Shown here piece by piece: positions 56,886 through 64,000 of a stretch of 64,000 nt of DNA. The DNA lies in NCBI RefSeq assembly GCF_009914755.1, contig NC_060930.1; one strand, 5' to 3'. The stretch is from the human T2T-CHM13v2.0 reference genome, Homo sapiens. The stretch's first letter is position 1. Each line of letters opens with the position of its first letter. The notes below the pieces were generated by a model. It worked only from the letters and a program-made list of their open reading frames with translations, was not told where the DNA came from and made no database searches. A program made the translations under genes and the position numbers.

Positions 56886-59848
56886 TCTGTAGTGGCAACT
56901 CCTACCTTAACCTGGAGATAGTAGGAGCTCTGTTTGTCCCAGGTGGATAGTAGGAGAGTTGATTGGAATTGTTCAGCTAAAGGGAAGCTTTTTAAAAAAA
57001 GTATGTTAGAATGGGATTAGGTGAGATTATCATTCTTTTATTTTCCAGTCTTTTTTGTTTCTTCCTGAAATTAGATTTGAGGGTGGTATTGTGAAGTTAG
57101 GTGGTTTGGTCTATATATAGTTTGCCCAATGTTGTTATATGATGTGGTATTTGAGAGAACTCTAAATTATCTTGATAACCCCCACTTCTTTTTTTCTTAG
57201 ATGATTAATAAGAATAGAATTAAATTAAAAGACAGCTTTTTAATTTTAAAGACATTATTAGACTGTCCAAACATGTCTGAATTCTTAGAATTAAAGGGAA
57301 GTTTGAAATTAAAATATTGGCTTATCCAGAAAGTAGTCATGTTAAGGCTGTTTTGTTGACTGCTTGATTAAAAATTAGGTTACCCAGTGGTTTTCACAGG
57401 ACACTCCCAAAGATTGTTGAAAAAGACATTTTGAGTGTAGAAGTATCTGAGATACTGGTGCACTGTACTTGGTGTAGTGTATTATCCAGTGACCTTTGAA
57501 TTTTCTGTGTCACTTAAAGAAAAGAGGTTCTTATTTTTACTTCAATCACTGTAAATGTCAGTGAGAGATAGCTCTGTGGTCACTGACTTTCAACAGTGGT
57601 AAGGTCAGGTAAGAACTTCACGAAGCCTTTTAGGAATTTGTCTGTAAAGGGCACTGTGTTGTCATGAAACATACAGACTGCTTTACTAAGGACCTGGGAT
57701 GCTCACACAGAAGGCAACTCCATTTGTGGAGAAGGCTTATTTTGTCTGAATTGTTTAATGTCTTGTCTCAGACAGATGATGACTCAAAGTCAAATGTTCA
57801 CCTTTAGGGGACCCAAAAGGATACAAAAGAGAATGCATAGTAATGATTGGCCTATAGGCGGTTGAGTGGCAAAGCTAGTTTAAAGAAGAAAAATCCTTCC
57901 TATCTTTTTTTGTAGTTCTGTAAGCATTATTTGAAGAAACTTGGATTTCCCTGTGTGCTTTAAAGTGAAGTGCATGTTGTGCAGTAAAGAAGCAGATCTA
58001 ACCTCATTGTGGAACTTGCTTGCTGTGGTGAATCACAGAAGGAATGATGTGAAGGCAACATTTATATTTTCGTGCGTGAAAAATTCATATGAATCACAGA
58101 CAGAAACTCAGAAGTGGCCATGTCACTCTGGTTTCTCTGTTAAGGAGCTGTGGTCCTAAGCTTGCTGCTGACAGGTAGCGAATTAGAAATACATCTTCAA
58201 ATTACCAATTTTTCTGCTGCATCTGCTGCATTTTAGACTAGTAAAGGGAAGGAGCAGACCAATGATTATGCCCTTTCCTCTCTGTGGCACCCCTATTTAA
58301 GGAAAGGGGATTTGAGGTTGTTGTATGGGTCCTTAATGTGGGTTTAAAAATTTTTCATTCCACATTAGTGGTACTTGTCCAATTTTTTTTGATCAGCTAA
58401 TGAAATATAATAACTGTTTGCATATTTTACTGCCTATTCGCCATAGTTACCTAAACTAGTGGCATTGCTAGAAAATGTTGAGAATTGTCACAATAAGAAC
58501 CAGTACTCAGTCTTTGATAAAGTTCCCAAAGTATGCTTTGTAGGAGGGACTAATTGTCCATTGTGACATGAACCTGAATATTAGAGATAGTGTACTATAG
58601 TGAAAAAGTACTTTGGGTGAAAGACTGGATTCTTGCCTTGGCTTTCTTACTTGAGTATATGATTTAATATTTTTGACCGAGAGTTGCTATTATACCAGGG
58701 GACAATAACTTCCTCCTTTTTTCTTTTTGTTTCACATTTAAACAGGGTGGTTGTTAAGACCAGTGAGAGATAAATAAGCTAATGTAAATGTTGACACCTG
58801 CTACTTGAAAGTTAAGAATGATGTTAATTGTTAAATTTTTCTTAGATGTCTTTACTAGATTGAAATTTCCTTTAATTCTTAATTTGATGAGTTTTTTCCT
58901 TCATAAATGTGTATTGACATGTGTCAAATGCTTTTACTGCATCTTTTGAAATGATGATATGGTTTTTCTTCTTTATTCTGTTAATGGGGCATTCCCTGCC
59001 CTGTAGGAGTGATAGTTGAATAGAAAGAAAAACAAAGAAATGGTAATATCTGTTGTGATTGAGGGTTACAAAAGATGCAGTGGGAGTGTAGAGAGAGGAG
59101 TAATGAAATCAACCTGATAAAGTTAGGAAAACTTTCAGAGAAACTGGAACAAGATGGAGCTTTGGCATTTGTGATAGAGGGAGGGAGGGGAGTGGTATAT
59201 CTTGGGCAGAGGACATGGCCATTGTAGTGGGAATATGGGGTACATAGTGGAGGGTACTACCTAGAGATGTGACTGTAGCGCGGGGCTGGGGTTGTGAAAG
59301 GAGCATTACATGCTGTGTTAAGGTTTCTGTCTTGTATGTGGTTATAGGAAGCCAAAAACCAAGCCAAAGAGTTTTGAGAAAGTGAGGAATGTGATGAGAT
59401 TTTTGTGAAAGATCTCTCCTGCAGTATTATGGTGTGGGTGTTGATGAGTTGTTTTAACAACCTTACATTCCTGTGATAAACGTCACTTGGTCATGATGAA
59501 TCATTTTTAAATATATTACTAGACTCCATTTGTTAGTGCAGTATTTTGTTAAAGATTTTTGCATACGTGCTCATGTTTTCTTTGTCACAATTTGATATGA
59601 GGTGTTATGCTTGCCTCAAAATCAGTTGTTAAATATTCGTCTATTTTTCTGGAAGTGTTCAATTGATGTTAGTTATTCCTTAAATGTTTGAGAGAATTTG
59701 CCATTTGAACCTGTGGTTTGGTTTGTGTGAATATTCGCATTTGATAACAAATTCAGTTAGTAGAGTTAGGGCTATTAGGATTTTTTAGTCTATAGTATGT
59801 CAATTTTGATAAGTTATATTTCTCATGGAATATGTCCATTTTGCCTAA

Positions 59849-60575
<727 letters not shown>

Positions 60576-60923
60576 CTTGATTTTGTTAATCTTAAAAAAA
60601 AAAAAAATTAACTCTTGCCTTTGTTCATTTTCTCTATTGTTTTTGTTTGCCCTGATGTTTGCTTTTATTTTTCTTTCTTTCCTTCTATGTTGGGTTTAAT
60701 TTGGTCTTTTTCTAGTGTCTTGAGCCAGAATCTTGGGAGATTTTATAACTTTCTTCTTTTCAGATATTGGCATTTAAAGCTATACATTTTTCTCTCAGTA
60801 CTGCTTTAGTTGAATTCCACAAATTTCGGTACGTTGTGTTTTTATTTTGATTAAATTCAAAGCATTTTCTGATTTCATTTGTGATTTTTTTCTTTGAAGT
60901 GTGTTGTTATTTAGAAGTGTGTT

Positions 60924-61388
<465 letters not shown>

Positions 61389-61465
61389 TTAACATGACCT
61401 TCCACTGTCTTTTGGCCTTAGTTATTTTTTTAACTAAGAAATTAGTAATTCTTTTGTGAATGAAT

Positions 61466-61607
61466 GAGACAGGGTCTTGTTCTATTGCTCAGGCTAGAGG
61501 GCAGTGGTGCGATTATAGCTCACTGCAGCCTCAAACCCCTGGGCTTCAGTGATCTGCTTCAGCCTCACAAATAGCTGGGATTACAGGTGTGCACCACCAC
61601 TCCTCGC
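61466..61607 (-). mobile_element. AluJ/FRAM arm
   Basis: GAGACAGGGTCTTG...GGGATTACAGGTGTGCACCACCA. Confidence 0.8.
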
Positions 61608-63741
61608 TATAAATCAGTAATTCTTATGATTGTTTTCTTATATGATTTGTCATTTTTCTCTGTTTTAGCAGTTTTGTCTTTTTCGTTGTTGACCATTTGA
61701 CTATGATGTGCTTAAGTGTTTTTCCTTGTATTTTGTCCTGCTTATGTTTCATTGATCTCCTAGAACCTGTAAATTTCCATCTTGTACTCCGTTTGGGAAA
61801 ATTTTGGTCATTATTTCTCCAAATATTTTTCTCTGCCCCATTCTCTCTTAGTTCTGATTATAGAATTCCAATTATACCTATTACATGTAGGTTTAGACCT
61901 TTGATGTTGTAATACACAGTACTCTTCAGTTTTCTTATTTTTTCCCTCTGTGTTGTTCAGATTGAATAGTATCTATTCTAAGTTTACTGACTCTTCCTGT
62001 CATCTTTATTTTGTATCCAGTGAATGTTCTTATTTTGGTTATTGTAATTTTTGGTCCAGAATTTGTGTTCTTTTATGGTTTCTGTTTCTTTGCTGAAATT
62101 TCCTATTCATTTATTAAGAGACTATTTTACTCTTTAATCCTTGAGCATAGTTATAGTAGCTGCTTTAAAATTCTTGTCTACAAAGAAAGACTGGGGAACT
62201 GTCTCAGACTGGTGGAGACTGAGAATATGTAGCAACTAAATGCAGTGTGGCATCTTGGATTGGATCCTGGGCCAGAATAAAGATATTGGTGGATTGATTG
62301 GCAGAATTTACATAAGGTTTATAAATTCCTTGATAGTATTGTATCAACATTAATTTCTTGGTTTCTATAGCCATATTAGGGTTATTTAAGATACTAACAT
62401 TAGAGAAAACCAAGTGAAGGTAGCTTAAAAAAATCCTTCTCTAATTACACATTCAGGTTATCATAGTGTTGGTCTGCATAGATCACCTTTTCTCTTTGAG
62501 TATGGGTCATGTTTTCCTGTTTCTTTAAATGTCTAGTAATTTTGAAATGCATCCTAGACATTGTGGACAATTTATTATAGAAATACTGGTTTCTGTTGTA
62601 TACCTCCAAATAATATTAATTTTTGTTTTAGCAGGCATTTCACTTGAATGGTCTCAAAATTGAAACCATCTTTCCCACCACCATCAGCAGCTAAATTCTT
62701 TATTCAGTTTTTAGTCTTACCTGGGCTGCTGTAGTCTATCCCATGCATGTATATTTCATGGATCAGCTGGAGATTTGGGCCAAGTTTATAGGTAGATTTG
62801 AACCTCTCCATTTCTGGCTTTCTCCTTTTCTTGATTTCCCCCTCCACTTTCCACCTGATAGAATCACTCTGAACTCTGTCATCTGGTTCTTCATCTCAGT
62901 AAGACAGTAGTTTCTATCTGGATTCTATTACCTAACGTGGCTTACGTAGGCCTTCCCTCAGGCAAAAAGCCATTTAGAAAAACAAAAGGAAACTTTCTCA
63001 ATGCAATTCCCATTTTCCGGTGCAGACTCACAGTTTCTGCCTGGTTTTGATTGCTGTTCAGCGCCTTCAGGTAGTTACTTTTTATGTTTTGTCCAGAGTT
63101 TATGGTTTTTACGTATGGAACAGTGGGGCCAGTAGGAACATATTCAGTTCCACTTCTAGTAATCTTAGGAAGTATCTCCTGGAAGTGGAACTTGTTTTTT
63201 GTTAACCTTTTTTTGTTGAAATATATCATACACACCCGCAGTAGGGAAATAGAATATTACCAAAACCTCAGAAACCCCTTTCATTTCTCTTCATGTCCCT
63301 TCTCAGTCATTACTCCCACTTGCCTCTCCAGAGTACCACTCTCCTACTCTGGCACCATAGATTAGTTTTGCTTGTTACTGAAATTTACGTAAATGATATC
63401 ATTCATAGGTTTTGCTTTTTGTTTGGCTTTCATCTTTGTGTTTATGAGGTTATTCTATGTTGCATGTAATTTGTTCATTCTCATTGCTGGGAAGTATTTC
63501 ATTGTGTGAATTTACTGTGATTAGTTTATCCCTTCTACTGTTGATGGGCATTTGGATTACTTTCAGTCTGGAGCTATTCCACAAAGTACTGCTTAAACAT
63601 TCTTTTACGTGTCTTTTGGTATACATGTGTATGCATTTCTGCAACCTTAGTACATGCTGCCAAACAGTTGGCTAATGTGGCAGAACTTAATTGTTTCATT
63701 GCATTAACAAACATTGAGTTTTTAGCTTTTAGAAAATTGGG

Positions 63742-64000
<259 letters not shown>

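Overview
Primate, very likely human, genomic DNA containing the 5' end of ZFAND3. A CpG-island promoter (~9.7-11.2 kb) carries coding exon 1 on the + strand: ATG at 10716, MGDAGSERSKAPSLPPRCPCGFWG, donor GG|GTAAGT at 10786/10787. Everything downstream (10787-64000) is the first 53 kb of a very long intron 1; I did not recognise exon 2 in the window. The rest is repeat-rich: about 45 Alu/FLAM copies, a 5'-truncated L1PA with a perfect TSD, old L1M/L2/MIR remnants, MaLR/ERVL LTRs, DNA-transposon MITEs (MER3, MER58, MER20, MER2, Tigger3, a solo Made1 arm) and two 7SL retrocopies. Almost all ORFs in the supplied track are Alu-derived or GC-richness artefacts. I found no convincing new multi-gene system. 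The best leads are small RNA-level and structural features: a putative 125-nt GT-AG mini-intron in the 5' leader, a divergent-transcript splice donor, a candidate poison exon containing a perfect hairpin, a duplicated twin hairpin, a 7SL-Alu chimera joined at microhomology, short dispersed 28- and 46-bp templated duplications, a palindromic AT-rich minisatellite and a candidate recursive-splice site. Repeat subfamily names and most repeat boundaries were called by eye and are approximate.
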